DNA of 64,000 bases from Eledone cirrhosa (Eukaryota), in NCBI GenBank assembly GCA_964016885.1, contig OZ024741.1:332382001-332446000 (forward strand), read 5' to 3'. Below are positions 37,836-51,143 of this stretch, one piece after another. Positions within the stretch are counted from its first letter, which is position 1. Each line of letters opens with the position of its first letter. The translations under genes and the position numbers were made by a program. A model generated the notes under the pieces. The model was not told the DNA's origin. It made no database searches and saw nothing but the letters and a program-made list of their open reading frames with translations.

Positions 37836-39652
37836 AAACAAAACCTATAAAGACCTACTGGAACCAGCGATGTATGTAAGGGAGGTAAATATGTACTGCT
37901 TAACTGGGCAGTCTCCTCTACTATATGCGTGTGTGCAACTCCATTCCATACCGTATCTCTAATGGAATACAACTATTAACAAAATCTTTTAGTGTATGGA
38001 AGTTACGAAAAGATTTAATAACAGAACCTCCTAGCTGTTTTACAGCTTTCCTTGCTTCCCATTTTTCATTTTATTTTTTTTATGCTTGTTTTGTCTCCCA
38101 TTGGCAATCCCTATTTAATTTTTCAATTTTATTTTATTCAAATTTTTATTTTTATTTTTATATTTACTAATATCTGTTTATCTTGTTTGTTTCTCAACTG
38201 TAAGAAGTACTAGACACTTCCCTTAGTCTTCCATGGCTTACTAGCTCTATACGGACGTTTAAAAGGGTAAAATAAATGAATAATTAAATATATATATATA
38301 TATATATTTAAAGATTGTGTTTTTATTTAGGATAAAATTACATAAAAATAATAAGGAATTTAATATTTATAAATCTAATATTTATAAATAAATATTATTT
38401 CAATTAATTAATAAAAGATTTTGAGAGATTTACTAAAACTAATTATTTCATTACTGAGATAACAATAGCATATTGTTCTTATATAAAATTAGGTTTGAAA
38501 ATTTTAATTTAAATAAGAAGCCTTTTAAAATGGGTGGTTTTGTTTTTTATAACCAGAGCTGCCATTTTTGATTAGGCTGGTATTAAAAGTGTTAAGGAAG
38601 AATTTCAAGGGATTTATAAAATTGTTATTCCAATCCCATCTGAGGCCTTCTCACTCCTGTTGGAGGAACCCCTCCCTGGTTGACCACCACCACTTTCTGT
38701 TTGGTTTTGGTCATGTCTTCAGGCGTATAGCTGTACTCACCATACTTGGCCAATTAGGGGTTGTTGAGGCTATTTAACCTATAGTTGGCTGTTGACTCTG
38801 AGGATTTCATCCGCTCTTTTAACAGCTCTTGTTTGTTTGTGCTGCTGGAGTTGCACTGACCCCTTGACCAGTTAGTACTGGGTTACATGGTACCTGTAGC
38901 AGGCAGAAGCCTGATCTGACCATTATCAATTCACTAGGATTTTTTTCAACACATATGTGTGTGCATACATTTATATGTATAAGTATATAAATATAAACGC
39001 GCAAAGACAGATACACTCACAAAAATACACCCTCACAGACATACATTAACACAAATACACATACATTCACACAAAAACACACATACATTCACACAGACAC
39101 ACATGCACACACTGTGTGTCGGATAGACGGAAGTTGTTCAAATTTATATATAGATTACTAATGTAGTATATACATGTTACTGGTAACAAGTACATTAATA
39201 TATAGTATGTAAAAGAAGGAGGATATCATTTTTTAATAAAATGTGTCTGACAGAAAGGATATTTGTTTTCCATTCACACACACACACACATTATATTATA
39301 TTGTCTTATGACATATCCTAAACTATAATGAACCCCAGAAAGACAACCTTCAGTGGGAGTTGTCTATATGCTTGTCTCTTCCACGGTTTTGTTTCCTATA
39401 TTTCTCCCATATGTTTTTTTAATGATATATATATATATATACGAACATATATATATATATACATACATATATATATATATACATACATACGAACATATAT
39501 AAATATATATATATACACATACATACACATACATACATACATACAAACACACACACACACACATACATACGAACACATGCATATATACACACGTGCACAC
39601 ACATACATACACACAGGTACATATACCTATATATATATATATTCATACACAT

Positions 39653-40020
39653 ACACAAGGTCAGTAGAAAAAGTATTCAACTTTATTTTTCCTGTGGGAA
39701 GTAATGACATTAGGGAGATAAAATTGTGCTGCATTGATCTGCATACAGTCATCTGCATGGGTGGCTTTTTGATAACCTTGCTGGATGCATCAGTCTACAT
39801 TTGGCATCCAGTGTGTAAGGCAGCTCTGCACTGCTTACCCATCACATTTTCATTTTGCCCAATACTGTCGACAAAGATCCCGAGTTCCTGAATACTGTGA
39901 AAACTGGAGATATATGGGTATGACTCTGAAACCAAAGCTCTTCCATCACAGTTTAAGCAACTGTGGTCACCAAAGCTTTCAAAATGGCAGGTGTGGTGCA
40001 AAATCAAGACAATACTGACT
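39653..40020 (+). mobile_element. Internally deleted mariner transposon remnant
   Basis: Mariner-like left end, then KDPEFLNTVKTGD / YGYDSETKALPSQFKQLWSPK matching the mariner ITGDE.WVYGYDPETK..S.QW..PGSP motif. Confidence 0.7.
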
Positions 40021-40385
40021 ACTGAGGTATTACTTTCATTAATACACACAAGAAAGACAGAGTTTATAAAAGAGGCCCTAAATGGAAGTGCTCTGATACC
40101 ATTTTAAGACTGGTTCTGTGGGTTGCAAGCATCAGGACAATACCCTGGATAAGTAATTGCAACTGATCCAAGATTTCTTGGTAAAGAAAGGCATTTCACT
40201 CATTTGCCAACCATCCCTTATTCTCCAGATATGGCTTATGGTTAATCCCCCAAAATAAAGATGCCTCTGAAAGACTGCCACATTAAGAATCAAATAGAAA
40301 TTGTGTGAACTGCAACAGTGGAGCTGAAAGGCAAGGCACTCCAGAAGAAAGATTCCAGGCATGCTTTTCTTAGAGATTTGGTTTA

Positions 40386-40386
<1 letters not shown>

Positions 40387-40416
<30 letters not shown>

Positions 40417-40752
40417 CTTCTTCTTCTTCTTCTTCTTCTTTTTCTTCTTCTTCTTCTTCTTCTTCTTCTTCTTCTTCTTCTTCTTCTTCTTCTTCTTCTC
40501 CTCCTCCTCCTCCTCCTCCTCCTCCTCCTCCTCCTCCTCCTCCTCCTCCTCGGGAGGGTCTTGTCTTCTAGTGAGCTCTGTCAGCAGCAATCGTCTACAC
40601 TTGATCTGGCTGGATCCCAAAGCGTGACCAGCCAAGCTCATGTATGTTATCGAATCATCTTGCTCAGGGTCCACCCCTGGGTCTCCTGCCAGTTGGTTTT
40701 GCCCATAAAATCTGTCTAGCAATTCTTTCCTCAGACATTCTAACCACATGTT
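40387..40752 (-). mobile_element. RTE-like 3' fragment ending in (GAG)n(AAG)n microsatellite
   Basis: HVVRMSEERIARQILWAKPTGRRPRGGP*ARWFDNI..LGWSRFGI, followed by a pure (CTT)n(CTC)n tract on plus. Confidence 0.7.
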
Positions 40753-41737
40753 TTAAGTTCTTTGCATCATACAAGCTAGTTATTAAAGAAGTGAAAAAAA
40801 GGCTTTTTTTTTTTAGTCAAGATAGTTTTGGGTTTTTGACATGTGAATAAGTTAGTAAATGCATGTATGTATGGATCTGTAACTCCTGTTAGAGTCGGGG
40901 GGGGGGGGAGCTTTAGTCTTTAGTAATGTACTGTGTGACTTGGGCATTTTAAACCTGGCAGAGCTCTCCCATCTCTTATTTGGAACACAACCAATTTGTT
41001 CAAGAGATGGAGAGAAAATGATTGAGAGTAAGTGACAAAGAGATATAGAGGAAGAATTGACCCCAATACTAAACTGCTACATTTATTTTATCGACCTTGA
41101 AAGTATGTAAGGCAAAGTTGAACTTAGCAAGATTTGAACTCGGAGAGCAGAGCTGGAATGAATACTGCAAACCATTCTAACATTCTAGTGACTCAGCAAA
41201 TTTGCTGTCTATTTGTAGATATATTTGTGGATGTACCTGCACCCCTGTAATTCATGTGTAGATCTCTTTAGTAACATGCATTCATGTATGTGACTGTGTA
41301 TGTGTGTGTAGGAATACACAAGCATATAGATGCATATACACCCAAACAAGAAAACATTACTGTTTGCTTTTAACATAAGCCTTATACAAATATATTTATT
41401 AACTTGCAGTGTTTGTGTGAATAAAAAGTGTCTTAGATGTGTCCCATCGACTAAACACACCATACAAATTAATACACACGCACACTCATACACACACACA
41501 CACATATATATATATGTAAGTAATCATACATGTGTGTATATAGGTATATATGTATGCAATCATGCATGTGTGTTTATATGTATATATGTGTGTAATCATA
41601 AATGTATATATATATATATAATGATATACGTGTGAGTATATATGTATATATACATGCATATATATATATATACATGCATATATATATATACATACACACA
41701 CACACACAAGGTGTCCCCCCGCAAAAAGAAATATATA

Positions 41738-41817
41738 TACAAGGTGTCCTCCAAAAATGTATACACACTTCAGCAGCCTCTAATAAATATGTATACATAT
41801 TTTTAGGACACCCTATA
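41738..41817. mobile_element. Tc1-like mini-MITE
   Basis: TACAAGGTGTCCTCCAAAAATGTATAC...GTATACATATTTTTAGGACACCCTATA. Confidence 0.65.
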
Positions 41818-41915
41818 TATATATAACAATTTAATATAACATATATGTTTATATATCCCAGTCCACCTCTCTCATTGTCTTATTCTCTGTGTGTGTATCT
41901 ATCTATATATATCTA

Positions 41916-41953
<38 letters not shown>

Positions 41954-42477
41954 GTGAGATCAAGAGAGAGGTGGACAAGGACAGTGAAGCTGATGGAGGA
42001 CAGTGGAGTGGGGGAGACAGCCATTTACTTCCATTGAGAATTCCCAGAGGAAATGGCTCACTGGTCCCTGTGTAAACTTACTCACTGCTCTCTGTTTATC
42101 AATATTATTGATCTCTAATAACCTACACTCACCAGATCACACATTCTCCTGGGGGTGGGAAAAGACAGGAGGGTATAGGGGATTTAGATCAATCTGAAGT
42201 GTTGGACTGCTCCTTTAATTTCATTACCTTCCGCTCTGGGAGATGGGAATCAAAGCCAACCCTGTTGGGATTTGAACCACTAAAGAACAGAGATGTAAAT
42301 AGATAAGACAGCTCTACTGATCCTGTTACTTAACTAACCCTCTTTACCATACATATATTGTCAATATATAGACAATGATGAGGTCCTTAGATCAGTGGTT
42401 CCATACTTTGAGGTCTTCAAAATTAGTACCTGAGGGCCATGAGCAAATTCAAAATTTCAATTTTTTGTTGTTAAAAA

Positions 42478-42675
42478 TTCAAGGATCAGCTGAAAAGTTC
42501 ATAGGTTGACCAAGATACTCTCGTGGAATGACCAAATGATGTTTATTTTTCAACATAGTCTCTAGAAAGAAACAATGCAATTATTAATATGAAGAGTTGA
42601 AATTAATGCAAGATTTCACAGTTCTAGCATCAATCCTTCATAGTCACCCAATGAACTTTTCAGCTAAGCCTTGTA
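42478..42675. mobile_element. Mariner-type MITE copy
   Basis: Homologous to 35442-35643. Confidence 0.8.
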
Positions 42676-45604
42676 TAGTATAGGGTATCAATTCTTTTCT
42701 AAGTATAAATGTTTCTCTCTTTTGATTGTTTTTGGCATTCTTACCATATAACAATATATGACAGGGTTAAAAAAGGGCAAAGAAACTGGATATATTTAAA
42801 TTTAAGACTCCTTGCCAAAATATTGAGGAAGATATTCCTTTTTGTCAGCACTTACTATCTATACTTGAACATAAGCTGACCCTCTATTTTATGTTTGAGA
42901 AACAGGCAAAACTCCAAACCCCATTTATAAGCCAAGGCAGCTAATCCACACATTGTTTAGATGGTGTATATATGTCCCCTGCCCATTTTACCATTAATTT
43001 TTTGGTCACATATTCCTTGGCATAGATTCGAGTATACATGGTATATTCAGGAGTACCAGACATATTTGCAACATTAAAGAAAATTTTCTGAACCTATTCC
43101 AAAGCTAAAAAATGAAAGATCTAGTGAAAAAAACCCCATTCATCAACAGTAAATGCCAAATGAAAGAAATTAAAAAAACACCTAACAATGGCAAAATTTA
43201 CGTCAGAAAATAATTTCAAATCTTTTTACTAAAAATCACACACACATACACATATGTACGTACATATGTATGTATATGAATTTATGAGTTTTATATCGAA
43301 TAGTAATAATAATATTTGATTCGTTTGCAAACAAACAGCCTCATTAGGCTTGGTGTTTTATGACCATTGTCATCCATTCGTTCAAGCAATAGCATCAAGG
43401 AACAAGCAACATGTTTCTGGGTTATTGCCCTTTGTCAAAACATAGTGATTGACTCTTATTTTAATCATTTACATTGCAGCAACTGCATTTCAAATTTCCC
43501 CAATATTTCTCAAGTCAACCAGATGTTCATATACACCATCATTAAAATTCTTCCAATGTATATAGATAAAGAGACATACATACATACATACACACACACA
43601 TTTGTAAGTAATATATATATATATATATATATATAAGTATGTATATGTACATACATATATGTATACAGACGTACAGTAGTATGTATATATATACATACAT
43701 GCACACATACATATATGTACGTATGGATTCACTGAACATTTATTATAATGCTCGGTGTGTTTGTATGTACATATATATATATGTGTGCATGTATGTATAT
43801 ATATATACATACTACTGTACGTCTGTATACATATATGTATGTACGTATACATACTTATATTTAAGTAACAGCCGTACTAAGAGTGGGAAATGAAATTTCG
43901 TTTCATTTTTTCCATTTATATATATATATATATAATTGTTTCTACTTTAGGCACAAGGCCAGCAATTACCCAGTGCATTACTGGTACTTTATTTTATCAA
44001 CCCCGTAAGGATGAAAGGCAAAGTCAACCTCGGCGGGATTTGAACTCAGATCGTAAAGGGACGTAACTATGCTGGAAAGCCATGTAGAGCGATAACTATT
44101 TGTTAGTTATTATATATATATATATATAATAACTAACAAATAGTTATCACTCTACATGGCTGAATACAATAAATGTAATCTGATGACTGATCAGCCAGTC
44201 TGCTAATATGTAAATCAGGCTGATCAGTCACTGTATATTTCAGAAAATATATATTTTCACTAGCTCTGACGGTTGGCAGGTGAGACTTCTACCAAACTCA
44301 TCCCATGGATTGAGTACTCTATTACTATGGATATAACCCACCAGTGTACTATTATTTGTGGCTGTGTGTGTGTGTGCTAGTGCTAGCTTGTGTATGTGTT
44401 TGTGTATCTGTGTGTGTTTGTATAATTGCATGTGTGTGTTTCTGTAACTGTGTGTGTAACTGTGTGTCTGTTTGTGTAAATGTATGTGTGTGTTTGTGTA
44501 ACTGTATATGTATATGTTTGTGCAACTGTGTGTGTTTGTATAACTGTGTGTTTGTGTAACTTTGTGTGTGTGTTTGTGTAACCGTGTGTGCGTAATTGTA
44601 TGTATGTGTTTGTGTCACAATTTATATGTGTGTGTGTGTGTAATTGTATATATATGCATTTATCTAACTGTATGCATAAGTGTGTGTGTGTGACTGTATG
44701 TGTGTGTTTGAGTTACTGTGTATGTTTGTGTCTCTGTGTGTTTGTGTAACATTATATATTTGTGTGTTTATGTGTGTATGTGTTTATTTCTATCAGCGAT
44801 ATCCATAGGTTGCTAGGAGTCTATAATAATACATAATAATATGAATGTACAATGGCTAATTTTAACATGGAGATATTACATTTATTCCTGTTCTATTCCT
44901 TTGACAACAGATCATTTCTGACAGCTTTTGTTATTGTCAGTAGCTTCACTGATGTTGGCTGGTGTCCGGCTCTCTAAGTGACAGCTACAGTTCAGCGTCA
45001 TTCTTCATTCACTATCTTCACACCATTGCTCTATCAATATCTTATATTGTTATCTCCCTTTCTGTCAATATCTTTCTCTGTGAAATATTACTCGGTGTTA
45101 GTGCGATCATATTTCACACCATTCATGTTAGCAATTCTGGCAAGTGAAGAAGTCCACGATGTGGTTTTCATACTTAGGTTTGGTCTATTTGTCTTCACTT
45201 ACTTTGTTGTTAATGCTCTTGGGAATAGGGGGAATGGAAAGGAAAAGGGGATGAAATCACAACTTTCTATATCCACTTCAACTACAATAACGGAGTCTTT
45301 AAAGTGTCATTGAAAGAAACCAATATTTTACACATATTAATATAGTTTCTTACTTCTGTAACTTGATTCTAAACTTGGATTACTCTGTTCCACTAATCTT
45401 ATATTCCAATATTTCATATATTTCACTACAGTTATTGGAGCTAATGTTTAGCAGAGGCAGCAGCTGAGGCATGGCTGTGTGATTTAGTTGTTTGCTTAGA
45501 AACCATGAGGTTTAACACCTCGAGCAAGTCTCTCCTACTATAGCCTCAAACTGACCAATAACTGATGAGAAGATTTGATGGAGAGAAACTGTGCAGAAGC
45601 CTGT

Positions 45605-45646
<42 letters not shown>

Positions 45647-45779
45647 TAGAAGGGATATTTAATTTGTTGGAAATCCAACAAATATAAATGTTTATAACTG
45701 ATTCAGAGCACTCGACAGTTTCTGGAGTAAATATTCAATGATATTAAATAAATGGAAACTATATTTATAAAACAATATT

Positions 45780-45843
45780 TATTCTATTATGTATATTTCA
45801 AGGGTACCAAAAAAACTTTGGTACGCTTTCATCAGATAAAATA
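45780..45843 (-). ncRNA. Type I hammerhead ribozyme (family P2)
   Basis: On minus: tattttat-CTGATGA-aagcgtaccaaa..tttggtaccctt-GAAA-tataca-TA-atagaata. Confidence 0.7.
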
Positions 45844-45917
45844 CAAAGATTGTTTTATAAATTTTGACATAGCCAAGGGAAAACATACCTTATCAGTTGA
45901 ATATCCCTATATATATA

Positions 45918-46301
45918 TGGCTTAGTGGGTAGAGCATTGGGCTTAGAATTGAAAGGTTGTGAGTTCAATTCTCAGACCGAGTGATGTGTTGTTTCCTTGA
46001 GCAAGACACTTTATTTCACATTGCTCCAGTTTACTCAGCTGTAGAAATGAGATGATAGGACTAGGGTCCCTATCATTCCACTGCAAAGTCGTGGAGGTGC
46101 CATGGGAAAAAAGCACCCAGCATTCACTGTAAATGAGGTTGGTGTTAGGAAGGGTATCCAGCTGTAGAAATCAAGCCAGAATCAGTTCCTGTATGAGCAA
46201 GACAAGGTCAGCCGACTGGACACTGCTCACAACAGGACAACCCGTCTAACCCATGCTAGCGTGGAAGAACGGACGTAAAACGGTGATGATGATGATGATG
46301 A

Positions 46302-46305
<4 letters not shown>
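45918..46305 (+). mobile_element. SINE family B, long RTE tail
   Basis: tRNA A/B boxes, CORE-like domain, ~215-nt tail nearly identical to the RTE copy 2 UTR, and (GAT)n. Confidence 0.9.
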
Positions 46306-46340
<35 letters not shown>

Positions 46341-46360
46341 TATATATGTATAAAGATATA

Positions 46361-46630
46361 GATTCAATTCAATTCAATATATTTGGCAGAAAATAAAACA
46401 TAGATGCTTCAGATGCCATATAAGGAGGGGAGAGGGGCAAAATTTACACAGTCGGAAACACAGTGGTCCAATTTCGCCTTGAATTGTTGATGCGTGGTTG
46501 GCGCATTGACTATTTCTTCTGGAAGCCGATTCCAGGGTCCAGAGATGCGGATCAAGAAAGCAGCTTTCCGTCTATTTAGGCGAAAGCGGCGGTGAAACAG
46601 CTTTTTGTCATGTCCACATAGACCCCTTTG
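46361..46630 (-). mobile_element. CR1-like LINE 3' end with (ATTGA)n tail
   Basis: RGLCGHDKKL..RFRLNRRKAAFLIRISGPWNRLPEEIVNAPT...FKAKLD. Confidence 0.75.
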
Positions 46631-46638
46631 ATATATAT

Positions 46639-46692
<54 letters not shown>

Positions 46693-47533
46693 AGCAATCA
46701 GTCCACCCTGTAAAATGGTAGTTCTGGTGCCATGAAAAAAGCTCCAAGTACATCCTGTAAAGTGGTTGGCATTAAGAAGGGCATCTAGCCATAGAAAACC
46801 AAGCCCAAAATGGTGTGGGGCATTTAACATATTAACAAGCCCAAAAGATAAGTTGTATCTTTGGATGACTACATCTTTTATTGTTTATATTTTCATTAGA
46901 TGTAGTCTTCCGAAGGTACAATATTTCTTTGGGGCTTGCTGAATCTGAGGTCATTGTATAATCATTTATATTGCTTCTGAAGAGGTCCAATATTTAATAA
47001 TGCCTTGTTGTACTCAATATTTTTTTTTATCTTTAACAACTGAAATAACATAAAAATTAGTTCAATACATGCAAGATCTATTGAAACATTTGTAAAGATA
47101 TTAAATGGTTTAACAAAATCCCTCTCCCCCACACACACTATTGATGATGATGACACGAGTTTAGCCTGGTATTCTATTAACTTTACCTTTACCAGTTTTA
47201 TTCAAAATTTGTCTTTTACAGGAATACAAGAGCAATTTTTGTAAGGAAAGGAAACATTATAGATGATGGTATTGACCCAATATATTACTGGTTGGTCCTC
47301 TTAAATCTGGCACTCCATGGTCCAACATTCCATGCTTCAGCCACTCCCATCTCCTGATATGTTTAGTATCAGCTGCCATTAATTTCTTGATCTGCCACCA
47401 GAGCAGTGCTGTTAGCTACACTATACTACCAGACTTAGTTTACCATGGCACAGTGTTTTTACTTTGTACTCTTATTTTGAGTTTTAGATTTTGCATTACA
47501 CAAAACAATATAAACCTTATTTTGAAGGATTAT

Positions 47534-48102
47534 TGGATTGGCAGTATCGGTAGAGGGTCGGATGCCATGCTTTGCAGCACAGTTACATCCCTTTACGGAC
47601 TGAGTTCAAATCCTGCTGAGGTTAACTTTGCCTTTCATCCTTACGGGGTCGATAAAATAAAGTACCAGTAATACACTGGGATAATTGCTGGCCTTGTGCC
47701 AAAAAGTAGAAACAATTATTGGATTGGCAGTATCGGTAGAGGGTCGGACACCTTGCTTTGCAACGTAGAGTTACGGCCCTTTACGGTTTGAGTTCAAATC
47801 CTGCCGAGGTTAACTTTGCCTTTCATCCTTACGGAGTCGTTAAAATAAAGTACCAGTAATGCACTGGGATAATTGCTGGCCTTGTGCCAAAAGAAGAAAC
47901 AATTATTAGTAGTGTTGGATTGGCAGTATCAGTAGAGGGTCTGGCGCCATACTTTGCAGCAAAGAGTTACAGCCCTTTATGATCTGAGCTCAAATCCTGC
48001 TGAGGTTAACTTTGCCTTTCATCCTTATGGGGTCGATAAAATAAAGTACCAGTAATACCCAGTGGTAATTGCTGGCCTTGTGCCAAAAGTAGAAACAATT
48101 AT
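47534..48102 (+). mobile_element. Head-to-tail trimer of SINE family A
   Basis: Three consecutive units, each starting ggattggcagtatc. Older copies follow at 48450-48800. Confidence 0.9.
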
Positions 48103-50327
48103 TAGTAGTGTTATTATTTCCTGTTTTAAACTATTTCCTGTTTTAAATAGCTTTGATAAGACATCAATATGTATATGTGGAATGAGATGGCAGCTCTATG
48201 TTTACACTGCATCTCTCCTTAGGGGTCAATTCCTGTTCTAAGCTTTGTTCCAGCTTTGATAAAACATCAATATATGTGTGGATTGAGATGGCAATGCTTT
48301 TGTTTACATTGGAGCTCTCTTTAGGGGACAATTTCTGTTTTCTGGTATTGTCCATGGTTGGACATTGACATGGTCTGAAGGTTTCTGAAATTAAGTCATC
48401 CAACCTGTATTGGTATCCATATTAACAACCATTATTATTTCATGTTAGTGGGTGGATTGGCAGAATTGTTAGAGCATTGGACAAAATGCTTTGCAGCTTT
48501 TAGTTATGGCTTTTTACATTCTGGTCAGCTTTACATTTCATCCTTCTGGGGTTGATAAAATAAAGAACCGATCACATACAGAATCAATGAAATTGACTTC
48601 CCTCTCCTCATAAATGGTTGGCCTTCTGCCTAAATATTGCTTTGTGGCATAGTTATGTCCCTTTATATTCTGAGTGCAAATGCTGCTGAGGTTCGCTTTG
48701 CCTTTCATCCTTACAGGGTCAATGAAATAAAGTACCAGTAATGTACTGAGGTGATTTAATTGATTTTCCTCGCTTCATAAATGGTTGGCCTTCTGCCTAA
48801 ATTTTCGTTTTTTTCTTTAATCTATTGGCAAGACCTCAGACCTCATTCGTTTACCGAGTAGGGTGAAACTTGACAAATCAGACCAAGGAAACAATGTTTC
48901 CATTGGTCTTTCCATTGCTGATACTATCTACTGGTCGCAATTCCTGTCAGAAATCAGGAACCATTATTAGTAGTTAGATTTGGTTGCTGTTTCTAACAGG
49001 CTGAATAGTCACTGAGAACCTCTCTCATCTTTCAATTTTGGTTTGATGGTGGTGGTGGCTGTAAGTGATGGACAAAGAATTCAGGTTATGTCAACTGAAG
49101 AGAAAGAGGCCTTATATTGCTAATACTGTCCACACATTGATTTTGATATTGCTGTCACTGTTGTTGGTTATTGTTGCCATTTCTGTTGGTTATCATTGCT
49201 GCTGCTGTTGCTGCTGTTAGTGATAGTGGTAAGTGGTTGGGAGCAGAACTGAATGGCAGCAGTTTAGATGGAAACAGTGTTTACCAAAACGAGAGAAAAG
49301 CTGCAGGAAAACCTGCGTAGATTGTTATTATAAACTGCATGCTGTACAATATGCAAACATTTACAACAACTTGCACGATTTGTATTAACAATGAATGCTT
49401 CTGGGTAAACAGTTGGTCTGAAATCCAATAAAAGTCATGGAAAATGACAAAACTTGGAAGAAATTAAGATCTGCTGTTTTCATTAGCCTCTTCTCCTATG
49501 GCTTCCTTACGTGGTGTGTTAATGACATACAGTGTGGACTTGCCACAACTACAAAACAGTTTTGCCAAGCATTTCCCATATATTTATCAATCACTCTCTC
49601 CACCCATCCATTCATCCATCCATTTATCTATTTGATATCTGACTATATATAAGTGTGTGTGCATGCATGTGTAAATATGTATGTGTAAATATATATATAC
49701 ATGTACACACACACACGCACATAAATATATACATACATACACACACACTTGCTTTTATGTCTTTTTCAATGTATCTTTCTGTCTATATATCAATCCAATT
49801 ATTGTATTAGCCTCTTCAACTCACTTGTACACACATACACATGCACTCACATACACACAAATGCACTCACATACACAAACGTTCACACACACACACACAC
49901 CATATCTCTCTGTGTGTATGTGTATCTATGTTTAAAGCAAAACCTAGGATCAGAAGGCCTCAAAGTGACATTAGGAAAGACTCAAGTTTTAACTCTTAAC
50001 ATCCTGTAATGATTTAGAAGAAAATATCCAAAAACAAATTTGTTCATTCTAATGTTTCTGGTATCTTTAATAGACAGATTATTGTGGACAGATTATAGTG
50101 GACAGATTATTGTGGACAGATTAGTGTGAAAATTTATACTATTAGATTAAAGACTTTAATTTTAAATGTGGTGCATTTATAGTGCTGTTTTGCTAATGCA
50201 GTTTTGTGTAGTTTGTTGATTCAAATGTTTATAGTATCTTTCCTAGTGGAGAGACCATTATAAACATTTTTAGTTTTAGAGTAAAGATGTTAATATTCAA
50301 CATGATGCAGTTGTATACATGTAACTT

Positions 50328-50553
50328 TTAACCCTTTATCATTTAAACTGGCTGTATCTGGCCAGAATTCTCTCACCTCTTTCTGTTCAAACCGGCTATA
50401 ACCAGCCATTGATACTGATGTTAAGGTATTGCTCTCAAAATAAATAATATCAAATCATAGATTTGATATTGTGTGAGATAATTATGTGAGGTAAAGCCTT
50501 TACCATGAAAATATAATAATAAATATAGAGTAATGTAAATGCTAAAGGGTAAA
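50328..50553. mobile_element. piggyBac-like MITE copy (empty site for the nested mariner MITE)
   Basis: Homologous to 7151-7462 minus the insert. Confidence 0.8.
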
Positions 50554-50798
50554 TTGACTTTCAACATCTTGTAATGATTTCACAGAAATGTCTCAAAACT
50601 GGTACGTTAATTCTAATTTATAATATCTTTACTAGTAGAGGGATTGTTGAAAAAGATTGCAGTATTGGAATACAGACTTTAATTTTGAATGCGCTGTTTC
50701 TAAAGATTGTCTTGTTAATGTGGCTTCATGTGACTGTCATTACTAACGATATATATATATATTAGAATTGGTGCTCTGAAATAGCTATATATATATGA

Positions 50799-51027
50799 AT
50801 GTATATATAGTGTATTTTGCAATACACTGTATGCTTAATTAAAAGCATTTCGAAGACCTTATGCTATTGTTTTAGAGTAGTTACAGACTCACTTACTTTA
50901 ATTTCAGCAAACTGCTTGCTGAAATTAAAGTAAGTGAGTCTGTCACTACTCTAAAACAATAGCATAAGGTCTTCGAAATGCTTTTAATTAAGCATACAGT
51001 GTATTGCAAAATACACTATATATACAT
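50799..51027. repeat. Near-perfect palindrome, 112-bp arms, 5-nt loop
   Basis: 50799-50910 is the reverse complement of 50916-51027 with one mismatch seen. Confidence 0.92.
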
Positions 51028-51082
51028 ATATATATATATCAATGATATTAATAAATGGAAACTATCTTAATAAAACCATATT

Positions 51083-51143
51083 TATTTTATTATATATATT
51101 TCAAGGGTACCAACATTTTGGTTAGCTCTCATCAGATAAAATA
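51083..51143 (-). ncRNA. Type I hammerhead ribozyme (family P2) at the end of a long AT-rich PLE-like 3' region (to ~52900)
   Basis: On minus: tattttat-CTGATGA-gagctaaccaaaatgttggtaccctt-GAAA-tatata-TA-ataaaata. Confidence 0.65.

Noticed and set aside
37850-38280. Possible old LINE C-terminal remnant with AATAAA end
   Set aside because: The motif resemblance is too weak to assign by eye.
44180-44250. CTGATGA followed by a ctgatcagcc/ggctgatcag hairpin
   Set aside because: GAAA is not adjacent to the stem, so hammerhead geometry is not met.
44880-45310. Possible host exon after a polypyrimidine-CAG acceptor (also 16790-16920, 49050-49320)
   Set aside because: No recognisable protein similarity or convincing donor. 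Needs RNA-seq.
45918-45985. tRNA gene
   Set aside because: A/B boxes are present but it continues into a SINE core and LINE tail, so it is a SINE head. The same applies to the other tRNA-like heads.
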